Part shown: positions 12,175 through 24,200 of the stretch, piece by piece | Layout of the letters: each line of letters begins with the position of its first letter | How positions within the stretch are numbered: the first letter of the stretch is position 1 | NCBI GenBank assembly: GCA_053919585.1 | Contig: CM132801.1 | DNA: 64,000 bases | Reading direction: 5' to 3' (one strand) | DNA from: Euprymna scolopes | Taxonomy: Eukaryota | Made by a program: the position numbers and the translations under genes | Notes under the pieces: generated by a model | Seen by the model: only the letters and a program-made list of their open reading frames with translations | Databases searched by the model: none | What the model was told of the DNA's origin: nothing

Positions 12175-13085
12175 GGTACTGGTCGCGATTTGAGTTCCCT
12201 GCCGAACACCATAAAAAACACTAACTTCTCCCTACGCATTAGCAAAGGACATGTTTTAGTTGCCATAGTAACTCAACGATCATGAATTTTTATCGACTTT
12301 TTATAAGTTTTACTGTTTATGAATATTGAAATAAAAGAAATTACTACACATTTATTAATAATATCTCACTTTTATCGACTTTTTTTTTTACTGTTTTACT
12401 GTTTATGTGTCACTTTTATCGACTTTTTCTTTTCTTTTTTAAATAGTATTTTCTTTTTAAATGACGACGTTTTTACTGTTTATGAATATTGAAAGAAAAA
12501 TAATTACTAAACATTTATTAATAAAAAAAATGGGTGCTAGTGCACTTATGATCCGCGCTGTATTTTAAATCGTATTTCTAAGTTTAATTAATGTTTTTTT
12601 TTTATTCAATTGTAAGGTTAAAGTAGAGAATAGGTACAAAACACCCTCCCCATGTTAAGAATGGCTTTTTAAATAATAAAAAAACATTAAACCTTAATTA
12701 AACTTAGAAAAACGATTTAAAATATAGCGCGGATCATAAGTGCACTAGCACCCATTTTTTTTTTTTTAGTAGTAATTATTTTTCTTTTAATATTCATAAA
12801 CAGTAAAAACGTCGTCATTTAAAAAGAAAATGCTATTTAAAAAAGAAAAGAAAAAGTCGATAAAAGTGATTAAAAACAAAGGCGATAAAAGTGAGATATT
12901 ATTAATAAATGTGTAGTAATTTCTTTTATTTCAATATTCATAAACAGTAAAACTTATAAAAAGTCGATAAAAATTCATGATCGTTTATTTACTATGGCAA
13001 CTAACACATGTCCTTTGCTAATGCGTAGGGAGAAGTCAGTGTTTTTTATGGTGTCCGGCAGGGAACTCAAATCGCGACCAGTACC
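12175..13085. mobile_element. Non-autonomous foldback element B, probably Merlin-type (911 bp)
   Basis: ~400-bp TIRs GGTACTGGTCGCG...CGCGACCAGTACC; exact 8-bp TSD AATTGGTT (12167-12174, 13086-13093); GG..CC termini. Confidence 0.88.
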
Positions 13086-13504
13086 AATTGGTTTATCGTT
13101 CAACTTCTGGGACTATTTTAAGTTAAAAAGAAATCGAAATGAGTATTTATAATTATATTATAAATATGATGTTGATTAAAAGTCTGTAGTTTCACGTTTG
13201 CCACTGGGAGCAGTTAATGCAAGTAGGTTATGGAGAAACACAACAAAAAATCTCTTTAGACAGAATAAGCGAAATCAAAAGAAGATGGCGACTGACTTTA
13301 ACCGCGTCGTATGACAAGACATTTCAATTTACTTCAAACGAAATTCAAATGATGGGGCTAAATTTTATATTAAATCTACTGAAGGTGCGTAAAATAATAA
13401 ATGCAAAAAAAAAAATAATAATACTTCATAAATAATCGCAGAAGTCAGAAATAAAAAATCGCATTAAGTAAGATTGACGAAAAACATTTCGGGAAAATGT
13501 TGGT

Positions 13505-13520
13505 GGCCCTGAAAAGGGCC
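13505..13520 (-). promoter_or_regulatory. Histone 3' stem-loop (H2A, U1)
   Basis: GGCCCTTTTCAGGGCC on the minus strand. Confidence 0.96.
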
Positions 13521-13550
13521 GTTTGTGTTGTGTCAAGGAAATAAGAGAAT

Positions 13551-13928
13551 TTACTTGGCAGCTTTCTGGGTCTTCTTGGGAAGAAGTACAGCTTGGATGT
13601 TGGGAAGGACACCGCCCTGGGCAATGGTCACTCCGGCCAAGAATTTGTTTAATTCTTCGTCATTACGGATGGCCAATTGCAAGTGACGGGGAATGATTCT
13701 GGATTTCTTGTTGTCTCTCGCAGCATTTCCAGCCAACTCGAGAACCTCAGCGGCCAAATATTCCATGACGGCAGCCAAATAGACGGGTGCACCTGCACCA
13801 ATTCTCTCCGAATAGTTACCCTTGCGGAGGAGACGATGGATACGACCAACGGGGAATTGAAGTCCGGCACGGGATGAACGAGTCTTGCTCTTTCCCTTGG
13901 CTTTACCTCCTTTACCACGACCAGACAT
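13551..13928 (-). CDS. H2A: Histone H2A (canonical type, no C-terminal SQ motif)
   Basis: 125 aa from ATG 13928 ([28 protein letters not shown]). Confidence 0.99.
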   Translation of the reverse strand: MSGRGKGGKAKGKSKTRSSRAGLQFPVGRIHRLLRKGNYSERIGAGAPVYLAAVMEYLAAEVLELAGNAARDNKKSRIIPRHLQLAIRNDEELNKFLAGVTIAQGGVLPNIQAVLLPKKTQKAAK

Positions 13929-14229
13929 CTTTAGGTTTTGCTGTTCTTTCAAAAAAGCTCAAACGACTTTAATTTACAAAACGCACGCAACTTGCCTTAA
14001 ATACGCGTAGATCGGCTCCGGCCAACTGCTGATTATTTTACCGCTCACACAACGGCGTTCTTTTGTCTGTTTTAAGTGCTTTCACAAGTTGTGTAGTTTT
14101 GTTGCTAGTTTCTGACCAATCAAATACGAGAGATTTGAGAGAGAAAATTTTGATTGTTGCTGGGAGCCGGCGTGTTTCGTATAAAAAGGAAAGGGAAGAC
14201 GTTGCCTTTATCATTTCTAATTTGTCGAA
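13929..14229. promoter_or_regulatory. Divergent H2A/H2B promoter (also 29828-30128, 48378-48678)
   Basis: TATTTAA on the minus strand at 13997-14003, CCAAT at 14116-14120, TATAAAAA at 14180-14187. Confidence 0.78.
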
Positions 14230-14601
14230 ATGGCTCCCCCCACTGAAGTTAGCAAGAAAGGCGCTAAGAAAGCCGGTAAGGCTAAACCTGCCCGTGATGG
14301 CAAGAAAAAGAGAAAGAAGAGGAAGGAAAGTTATTCCATCTACATTTACAAAGTAATGAAACAAGTTCATCCTGACACTGGAATTTCTAGCAAAGCCATG
14401 TCTATTATGAACAGTTTTGTTAACGATCTTTTTGAGAGAATCGCTAATGAAGCCAGCCGTCTGTCCCATTACAGCAAGAAAAGAACACTTAGCAGCCGTG
14501 AGGTCCAGACCGCTGTCCGTCTCCTTCTCCCTGGTGAGTTGGCTAAACATGCTGTCTCTGAGGGAACCAAAGCTGTCACCAAGTACACCAGCGCCAAGTA
14601 A
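14230..14601 (+). CDS. H2B: Histone H2B
   Basis: 123 aa; [53 protein letters not shown]. Confidence 0.99.
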   Translation: MAPPTEVSKKGAKKAGKAKPARDGKKKRKKRKESYSIYIYKVMKQVHPDTGISSKAMSIMNSFVNDLFERIANEASRLSHYSKKRTLSSREVQTAVRLLLPGELAKHAVSEGTKAVTKYTSAK

Positions 14602-14637
14602 AAAGCGTTTTCTTCAAAAGAAAAAAATTCCCAAAAC

Positions 14638-14653
14638 GGCCCTTTTCAGGGCC
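14638..14653 (+). promoter_or_regulatory. Histone 3' stem-loop (H2B, U1)
   Basis: GGCCCTTTTCAGGGCC. Confidence 0.96.
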
Positions 14654-15157
14654 AAACATTTTTTCACGAATGTTTCTTCACTTTCTATATTTTAATGCGA
14701 TTATTCACTGTTTAGATTTCATAGATATCCCCATCTCTTTCTATGGCGTAAATATTACTTATTTCTATATAATGTATATTTGTAGAAGATTAGGGAAAGA
14801 CAGTCTTAAATTATATTTGTAATTTTTATTTGTGAACTTGTAAATTTGTTTAAGTCAATCTTAATACAAATTTTTGCATTTCTTTCAATGTTTTTATTTA
14901 AATTTATATTTTTTTCCAGCTTTCTTATTCCTTATCCGTACAATCACATTATGATATGCATCTAAATATTACCTGAAATATTTTTGTTTTGTTTTTTAAC
15001 GTGCATTCATTTAACGTCTGAAATTTTAAAAAATAAAGCTCTTAAATAATTTAAATAATAAAAAAAAAGCTATTACGTAATCAATACCAAGCAAGTAACC
15101 AACTTTAAAAGTTTTTAAAAGATAAATTATACAAATTCTAAATGAATTGTTTTTTCC

Positions 15158-15732
15158 GGTTTGTATTACTGTACACATAGATTCGAAAAAGTTGTCAGAA
15201 AACAAATATATAACAAATAAATGTTATCAAAGGAAGATAAGTTACTTTTCTGCCAAACTGTTTTTATTCAATGAAAACATATTTATTCAGCTCGAAAAAC
15301 ATACAGTCTTTACCGATGTATTCGAAAATTCAAGATGGCGTCTCGCACCCTCTTTAACACCGTAAGTATGGAAAAAGGTGTTATAAATAAAAAAAACTAT
15401 GCAAAATACTATTAAAAACCCACCGAACCTATGTCACGGTAACATATATTGAGCGAGTTTTTAACAGTATTTTATCCGGTTTTTTATTTATAACATCTTT
15501 TTCCACACTTACCGTGTTAAAGAGAGAATAAGACGCCATCTTGAATGTTCCAATACATTGGTAAACACTGTATGGTTTTCGAGCTGAATAAACATGTTAC
15601 ATTGAATAAAAACACGAAAAATATATCCAGTTTGGTAGAAAAGTAACTTATCTTGCCTTTGATAACATTTATTTGTTATATATTTGTTTTTTGACAACTT
15701 TTTCGAATCTATGTGTACAGTAATACAAATCC
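15158..15732. mobile_element. Foldback MITE family A, best-preserved copy (also 31057-31631, 49608-50183)
   Basis: Terminal TTTGTATTACTGTACACATAGATTCGAAAAAGTTGTCA with a perfect reverse complement at the right end; arms ~260 bp. Confidence 0.8.
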
Positions 15733-16660
15733 ATTTTTTCTAATGTGCGAATGTATTTTGATTGTCTTACCGAAGTTCAAATCTTAATTTCGGAGTTCAA
15801 TTCTTGCATATCAAATATAATCGAAACAGACTTTAAAAAATTACACCCCTTGTAAAATCGACAGAAAAACTTAGTTTTTGTCCAAATAAATCGATTACAA
15901 TTTTTAACTCATCGTCGAAATTTCAAACATTCGCTGCAAGTTTTTCTTGTGTTCACCTGAATCTAGACAGTTTTTCGAACCGCATAAACGTTTTAAAGTG
16001 AGTAAAGCCACAAAAACTTTATCAGATAGGTAGAAGAGTAACTTGTCTTTAATAACATTTATTTGTTATTTGAAAATTTTTCGTACCACGTGTATTGTAA
16101 AACAAATCCCCATTCTTTTATTTCTTATTTTGAAGTTTTTGTCGAGTCTTCAAAGAAATCGCGGCCATTTTTTCTTGTTCATCGGTAGCGTTCAATGTAG
16201 CTTGCTTTTCGAACAGAATAAACATTTTACAAAAACAATATTGAAATCTTATCCAGTTATAGAGAAAACGAACTTATCTTACATTTTCTAACATTTATTT
16301 GTTATATTTGTTTTCTGGCAACTTTTTTGTATCTGTGGATCGTAAAACAAATCCAAATGGGGTTACAATACTTGACTTTAAAAAAAAAATGTTTTTGATA
16401 GTTTGTTGCGGACGTCATGTTGCCTATACTTCTGCATCATCCTATGTAATATTATATTACTAATATATACTTCATATATATATACATACGTACATGTGCT
16501 GTGTCATGCACACACAGGGGTCACAGAAAAATCATTTTATTTTTATTTCAATAGAATTTATTCATTTTACATTTTTTTTTTTTTTTACCTTATTAATTTT
16601 GTTCGGGTTTATTTTCTATGAAATTTAAATGTATGCTGCGTATTTGTTTATTAGAATTTC

Positions 16661-16790
16661 NNNNNNNNNNNNNNNNNNNNNNNNNNNNNNNNNNNNNNNN
16701 NNNNNNNNNNNNNNNNNNNNNNNNNNNNNNNNNNNNNNNNNNNNNNNNNNNNNNNNNNNNNNNNNNNNNNNNNNNNNNNNNNNNNNNNNN
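16661..16790. other. 130-nt N run (unresolved or masked sequence)
   Basis: Flanks match those of the (AT)n tract at 32560-32677 in the next unit. Confidence 0.95.
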
Positions 16791-17295
16791 AAAATCATTT
16801 CAAGGCACAATTTCCCGTCATTTTTGTAGCAAAATGTAAGGATATGTAGTAATTCTTTTTTTGACTTTGCTTGCAAATATTTCGACACGAGTTTTTCATG
16901 GTTTGTTTTTAAAATTTGAAGTTTACTACATATTTATTTAGTAGAAAGAAGCGATATGTTAGAACGTAATGTCGCCGTAATTAAACTCTCCAAAATTACG
17001 AAAAATAATCGGTTAAAAAATAATTATCGATGAAAACAATTATTGAAAGAAAATTTACCTAATTGAGTTTTTAGTTATCTCCCGTCGATAAACCGGTTTA
17101 ATTACAAAACAATGACTTCACTAATTATAATACTTACTATATTAAACAAAGGGACATAACTCTTGGGTCGTGTATAATAAACCGTCAAATTTTCTTTTAA
17201 CGATCTTTAAAAATTGTCGGGTGCTTATTTATATTGAGATATATGCAAAATATTACAGTTCAAAATAGGAAAACGGTATACGAGGAAAACTTATC

Positions 17296-18889
17296 GGCAG
17301 GATTGCAGTTTACAGGGAAATCAAGGGACGCAACTCCTGCCAAACTAAAAAGGACGCAAACAGAATCACCGGGGGGCACCTGTTTCAATTTTTAAATTAC
17401 GAATTTTAACCGAACCTACTACACGTGGAATAATATAACAAGTTTTAAGATTTCTTTTGAATAGTTCATTTCTTTCTAATTCCTTTGTTTTTTATTCGTT
17501 TTACTTCTAAATTATTTTCTTCTTTAATTTTTTGTTTTTACAATCTTTTATTCTTTACGTTTTTATTTTTTTTACCAAAATGAGAACTACTATCGTTGAC
17601 CACGTTATGTCTACGACTGAAGTGGAAGAGCAGAAGTGGACCTATGAGCATTTGTATAATTTGCTGCCACCAAATAACGAGGTACAGTTACAAACAGCGG
17701 CCTCATTGGGACTCATACCGAATAGGAGTTTCTGCAGCTCGTGTGAGAGAGATCGAATTCTCTATAAAAACGGAGCCAAAGGGGATGGTTTTGCGTGGAA
17801 GTGTCCTGTCTGTAAGAAGGGTGGTTTGCCAAGGATGGGTTCCTTCTTACAGAGAAGTCATCTGACAATAAAGCAGATTTTAGTTATTTTGCTCAGTTGG
17901 AGCATGGAGATGCCGCAGATTAAAATTAAACAGGAAGCAAGTGTAAGTAACCATACAATCGTAGATTGGATGTCATTCATAAGAGAAGTCTGTGAACAGG
18001 ACATGCTGGACCATCCCATCATGTTAGGTGGGAGAGACGAACATTCGACACCTAAAGAAGTGGAGGTGGATGAGTCATATTTTTTCCGACGAAAGTATAA
18101 TAGGGGACGTGTGAGGAAGGGCGTTTGGCTTTTTGGCGCAGTGGAAAGAGGCTCGAATTTGTGCAATTTCGCAATAGTGGGAAATAGGGATCGAGATACC
18201 CTGTTTCCAATCATAAATTCATGGTGCCTGCCAGGAACAAGAATTATTTCTGACGGTTGGGCGGCTTACCAAGGACTTGATCGACTCGCTCAAGGAATTT
18301 ATGAGCACGACACTGTCGTCCACGAAGACAACTTCGTTGATCCGTTGGACCCTTCAGTGCACACACAGACTATTGAAGGACTATGGTCACACGCCAAAAA
18401 ACATATACGAAAGTTTGGGAATCGACAAAATATGTTCGGCTTGCATCTGATGGAATTTTTATGGCGAAAAAGAGAGAAGGGTGAATGTTTTCCATGAATC
18501 ATCAGATGCATCCGCGAACAGTATTCGTTTTAAAAATTAACTGTTTAATAAAGTTCTATGTTCTTAAAATAATTCTATGTTCTTCAAATAATTCTTTCTT
18601 AAAATAATTCATAACTGTTTTTCGTTTTAAAAATTAACTGTTTAATAAAATTCTATGTTCTTCAAATAATTCTATGTTATTAAAATAATTCTTTCTTAAA
18701 ATAATTTATAACTGTTTTATAAAGTTCTATGTTCTTCCTTTGTTAAAAAAATAACTTATTCAAACAGTTCATTTAAATTAACAAGAAAAAGAAAAATTGA
18801 AACAGGTGCCCCCCGGTGATTCTGTTTGCGTCCTTTTTAGTTTGGCAGGAGTTGCGTCCCTTGATTTCCCTGTAAACTGCAATCCTGCC
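17296..18889 (+). mobile_element. Merlin transposon (U2), 1594 bp
   Basis: Same TIRs, TSD and flanks as U1. Confidence 0.93.
17580..18497 (+). CDS. Merlin DDE transposase (U2)
   Basis: Protein identical to U1. Confidence 0.92.
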   Translation: MRTTIVDHVMSTTEVEEQKWTYEHLYNLLPPNNEVQLQTAASLGLIPNRSFCSSCERDRILYKNGAKGDGFAWKCPVCKKGGLPRMGSFLQRSHLTIKQILVILLSWSMEMPQIKIKQEASVSNHTIVDWMSFIREVCEQDMLDHPIMLGGRDEHSTPKEVEVDESYFFRRKYNRGRVRKGVWLFGAVERGSNLCNFAIVGNRDRDTLFPIINSWCLPGTRIISDGWAAYQGLDRLAQGIYEHDTVVHEDNFVDPLDPSVHTQTIEGLWSHAKKHIRKFGNRQNMFGLHLMEFLWRKREKGECFP

Positions 18890-20106
18890 AACTTATCTGT
18901 TGAAAATGTTAGTTTACATTAAAAAAAAAAAAAAAATGACGGAAAAGTTTCTAGACGAATTTTAGCAATAAAAATGTCCGTAAATTAGTTTTTCAACTGA
19001 CATATTTCGCATCTTTCTCAATAAAGTACCGATTTTATTTGTAAAAGTATTTTCCAGAGTGAACAATTTCAAAATGTGCACAAATCTCAGATCCATATTG
19101 TCACATTGACATTTACTGAGTGCTTCTCTACCAGTGTTTTGTTAAATGTTGAGGACTGATTTAAAAAAGGGCATTTATTTAACAGAAACGAAAAAATAGT
19201 AAGAAACAAAAAACAAAATGTTACCAAAGGCAAGATAAATTTTTTCCTTACCTGAATAGGATTTTGATGTTTTAACTTATTTTAAAGTATCTTTATTTAA
19301 AACATAAGTATTGCCTTGTTGATAAGTTGGAGCGAAAACAAGATGGCTGCATCTAATGGGTGGATTTCTATCACTACTGTTTAATTTTTTTTTTTTCCAA
19401 ACATTCATTTACCAAATAAACTCAGTGTTTATTAAAATAATATTGCTACTCAGAATTATTATGAGTTGGGCAGTTATAATAGAGAACGTTTGGTTTTGTA
19501 AGTGTTTATTAAAATGAAATCTGTAGAATTCACTTGTCACGTGAACCAAACTCCCATCAATATAACCACCTAAATATACTTTTAGTTAAAAATGAATTTA
19601 CTTAATTGAATTCCCACCCCATTAAAAGACACCAACGATGATCAAAAAACATTAATCTATTAGATATAAAGAAATATATGCAATTTTATTATCATCATTC
19701 CTTTGTATTTTTTTTCAATTGCAGTCATTATCTTTGAGAACTGACAAAATTCCCCCACTTTGTTTTGAATATTTCACAGATAATTTAACTTAAATTCTTG
19801 CCTAAAAACAAAGTTATTTAAAATTATAGGATTTTTTTTCTTTTTGAGTGATATACCATATTTGCTCAAATATTGGAAGTTAGTACATGGGATTAATACT
19901 TTTGTTATAATTGTAAAATTATTTTTAAGTCTGAGGTTTTTAAACAGAATAGCTAATTATTCATGTCCGCAATGAAAACAAAATAAGCGAATTATACAGA
20001 ATAATGAAAAACGGATTTAAAAAAAAAAATCCATCAAATTAGACGTTATGAAAAGATAAACGCATAAAAGTTAGATTTGGAAAAATACTTTTCGGAAAAT
20101 GTTGGT

Positions 20107-20122
20107 GGCCCTGAAAAGGGCC
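20107..20122 (-). promoter_or_regulatory. Histone 3' stem-loop (H4, U2)
   Basis: Same 16-nt hairpin. Confidence 0.96.
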
Positions 20123-20161
20123 GTTTGGTTTGGTTCGTTTTGTCTTGGGTCAAATAATGGT

Positions 20162-20506
<345 letters not shown>

Positions 20507-20739
20507 CTAATGTACGGCGGACAACAAATCAAATTTACTATATATAGGTCTCCGCACAAAATTCGGCGGACCTAGTTGAAAGCACCCCACGTGATGCTTT
20601 ATCACCAATGAGAATAAAGGGAAATATTTGAACATTTTGCGAGCACCGAACAAAGGAAAACTGAACGAGCACGTCAGAAAGTAGCAGCAGCTGATAACAG
20701 CTCATATAAAAGCTGTAACGGTCGTCGGCTCGTGCGTAA

Positions 20740-21189
<450 letters not shown>

Positions 21190-21216
21190 ATTTATTATCT
21201 CTCTTCATATTCAAAC

Positions 21217-21232
21217 GGCCCTTTTCAGGGCC
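21217..21232 (+). promoter_or_regulatory. Histone 3' stem-loop (H3, U2)
   Basis: Same 16-nt hairpin. Confidence 0.96.
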
Positions 21233-24200
21233 ACAAATTTATTATGAAAGTTTTTTCTTACTGTTGTAATTTAATGCGATTTTTATGTTTTATAAGTTTT
21301 CTATATTCTGTCATTGACTTTTTTTCAATGTGATTTTCCTCTTTAGGTGCGTTTATAAGTGAAACGACATTTTTCGACATCAATTGTTTTTAGGCAATTT
21401 ATATCCGAAAAAGTTGTAAAAAAACAAAAAAACAAATAAATGTTATCAAAGGCAAATGGCGCCCAAGACAAAATAATATTAAAAATCCACCGAATAACAT
21501 ATATTGAGCGAGTTTCTAACAGTATTTTGTCTGCTTTTATAATTTTAACTCCCTTTCCCAGACATACCGTATCAATGAGAAAGTCGGGTGCCATTTTAAT
21601 TTTCCAATACATCGGTAAACACTGTTTTTTTCGAGCTGAATTAACATATTACATTAAATAAAGACATCAAAAACATATCCAGTTAGGTAGAAAAGTAGCT
21701 TATCTTGCTTTGATAACATTTATTTGTTATATATTTGTTTTTTGACAACTTTTTCGAATCTGTGTACAGTAATACACACCATTATTTATTATTAAATTTA
21801 TTGAATATTTCCTATGAGGTTTCACCGAGCATTAGATTGAATAGATTAGTAATAAACTGCAATTTAAAGTCATTATTATAAATACCTACAAAAAATGTTG
21901 ATGTACAGTAAAACAAAACAACAGAACCATACCGTTAAAAGAATCTTATCAAAACTTTAAAAAGAACATATCACTCGAATGTCAGCTAGAGCATGAATTA
22001 ATAACTCTCTAAATCCAAAGATAATCTGCATAAAATGACTCAAAGGGTTGATCTGCCGTACAATCCAACAAACGAACCTCATCATTTTTGTCCACTGAGA
22101 TTCATTCGCAAATATTCTCTATTTATATACGTTATTACTATGTTTACTAAATTCAAATTTTATGTTTCTGTTCATTAGAAAACTATTATACTAATAAGAA
22201 AGATAAAGTATTTTAAAAATATTTTAATATAAACTGTGTAAAAAGAGTTTTCAAGCAAGAAAATAAAAATATTCCAATTATAGAAGAAATTGTAAATAAA
22301 CTATTTAAAATATATTATCCCACCCAAAAAAAAGACATTTAAATAATAAAAAAAAAGTTTTATTTTATTATTTGTAATACAAACAAATATAAATTGCCAA
22401 TTATCGTTTTTACAGTAAATTATTTTATGGCGAGATATATATCGTTGGAAATGTGTTTCTAATGTTATTTAATTATTAAAATAAAATCAACTTTCAATCA
22501 ATAAAAATATTTAGAGTTCGACTCGAACACTTGTACTGAAGTAACAAAAATGTTGGCTTGTTGTTACTTGATCTAATATACAGGATAATTACGAACAACT
22601 GAAATGTGGAGAATGATGACTTGAATATCACTTTACCTTAAATAAAAATAAATGAATCTTTACTTGCAATAAAAGTTCGATAACTCCAAAATTATTTAAC
22701 TAAGTTATTTCCCTTATATTTCCCAGATTATAAAACAGACAATATTATGACTATATTAGAGTTGTTGTGAAAAAAGAGTACGAAAGAATAATTTTGTGTG
22801 TATATTAAAGTTTTCTTTTCCGTTGAAATAAAATCTTTTTCATTTATAATTTATGAATAAAGTTAGTTGAAAGCTCGACAAATAAACAGAAATAAACATA
22901 AACGCATTAATTATAGACGAACTTATTGAATAAAAAGGATTTTAAAAAAATAATATTATCAAAGCTTCTTGCGCTAAAAAAAAATCTCTTCATTTTAGAT
23001 TTCCGTATTCAATAAGAATTACATAAAAGATAAGTAAAAATAGATATTAGATAAAATACTACAGAATAACATGAATTATTTACAAATGTTATTTACTTTA
23101 CAGATTGATATAGAATTTGGGGATGTGTAAAAAATGGTGCCCGAAAAACTCGTCCCGGGAAAACTTGTCTCCGGAAAGCCCGTGCCCGGAAAAATCCCCC
23201 CTTTTTGCTAGGTAAGAAAAATGATCCCTTATTGAATAAATATCGATTGAAAACACATTTTATTATCGTTATTGAAGGAGATATTGTTTCTAAAAGAGAC
23301 TATGCACCCCCATAATATTTTTAAAAATTATTTTTAACTCTTGTTTAAAAAAAAAATAAGATACGAAAAACGAAACCAAATATTTATTTTAAAAAATACT
23401 CTAGTTTTAACACTTTTTGTGTCATTAAGAAACAAAAATAAAGAAAGAAAACACGTATTATCAAAGTAAGCAATTATTTTATTTAGAAGAATTAATTCAG
23501 TTAAATAATTCTTGTGTTATTACAAAATAACAAAAAAAAGAAAACACGGTCTTATTTTGGTACGGCGTTGAAATAATAACGTTACTATTTCGAAAGCAAT
23601 TCTTAACATGGGGAGGAGGGGGTATCGTTTGAAAGTCATTTCGGGGTCACTTGTGCAGTACTTAAAAATATACATATTTATATTCTTTTGTGGGTGGGGG
23701 AGGCTCGTTTTAAAACTACATCTACCTCAGTATTTTCTTTAATTTTCAGACATTTTTTTGTTAAAAATTATTTACTAAGTAATGTCGAGTGAGTGCGACA
23801 TTACTTGTTATTTCTTTTTAACTAAATAAACTCTTTAAAATAAGTTTAAACACCAAAAACTTACAAAGCTAGGTAGAAAACGAAAACTAAAAAAAATCAA
23901 TTAAATTTTTTTTAAAACAATAAACATGTAAAAATATTTTTAAAAATATTATGGGTTGTGCATTATTACCTAAAAATATACAAATTTCTTTTTTTTTTAT
24001 TGGGGGGGTCTCGTTTTAACACCTTAATATTTTTTTTAATTTGCTATTTTTGAGCAATTATCCCCCTAAGACGTGATCCTCTTCTGTCGGGCATTATTGT
24101 TCATAAGTAACACCCGACATTACTTTTTTTTTAAACTAAATAAACTCTTTAAAATAAGTTGAAAGACCAAAAACTTTCAAAGCTAGGTAGAAAACGAAAA

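Noticed and set aside
12171-12205. tRNA/SINE B-box-like GGTCGCGATTTGAGTTCCC
   Set aside because: No GTTCGA or cloverleaf; it is the TIR of foldback B.
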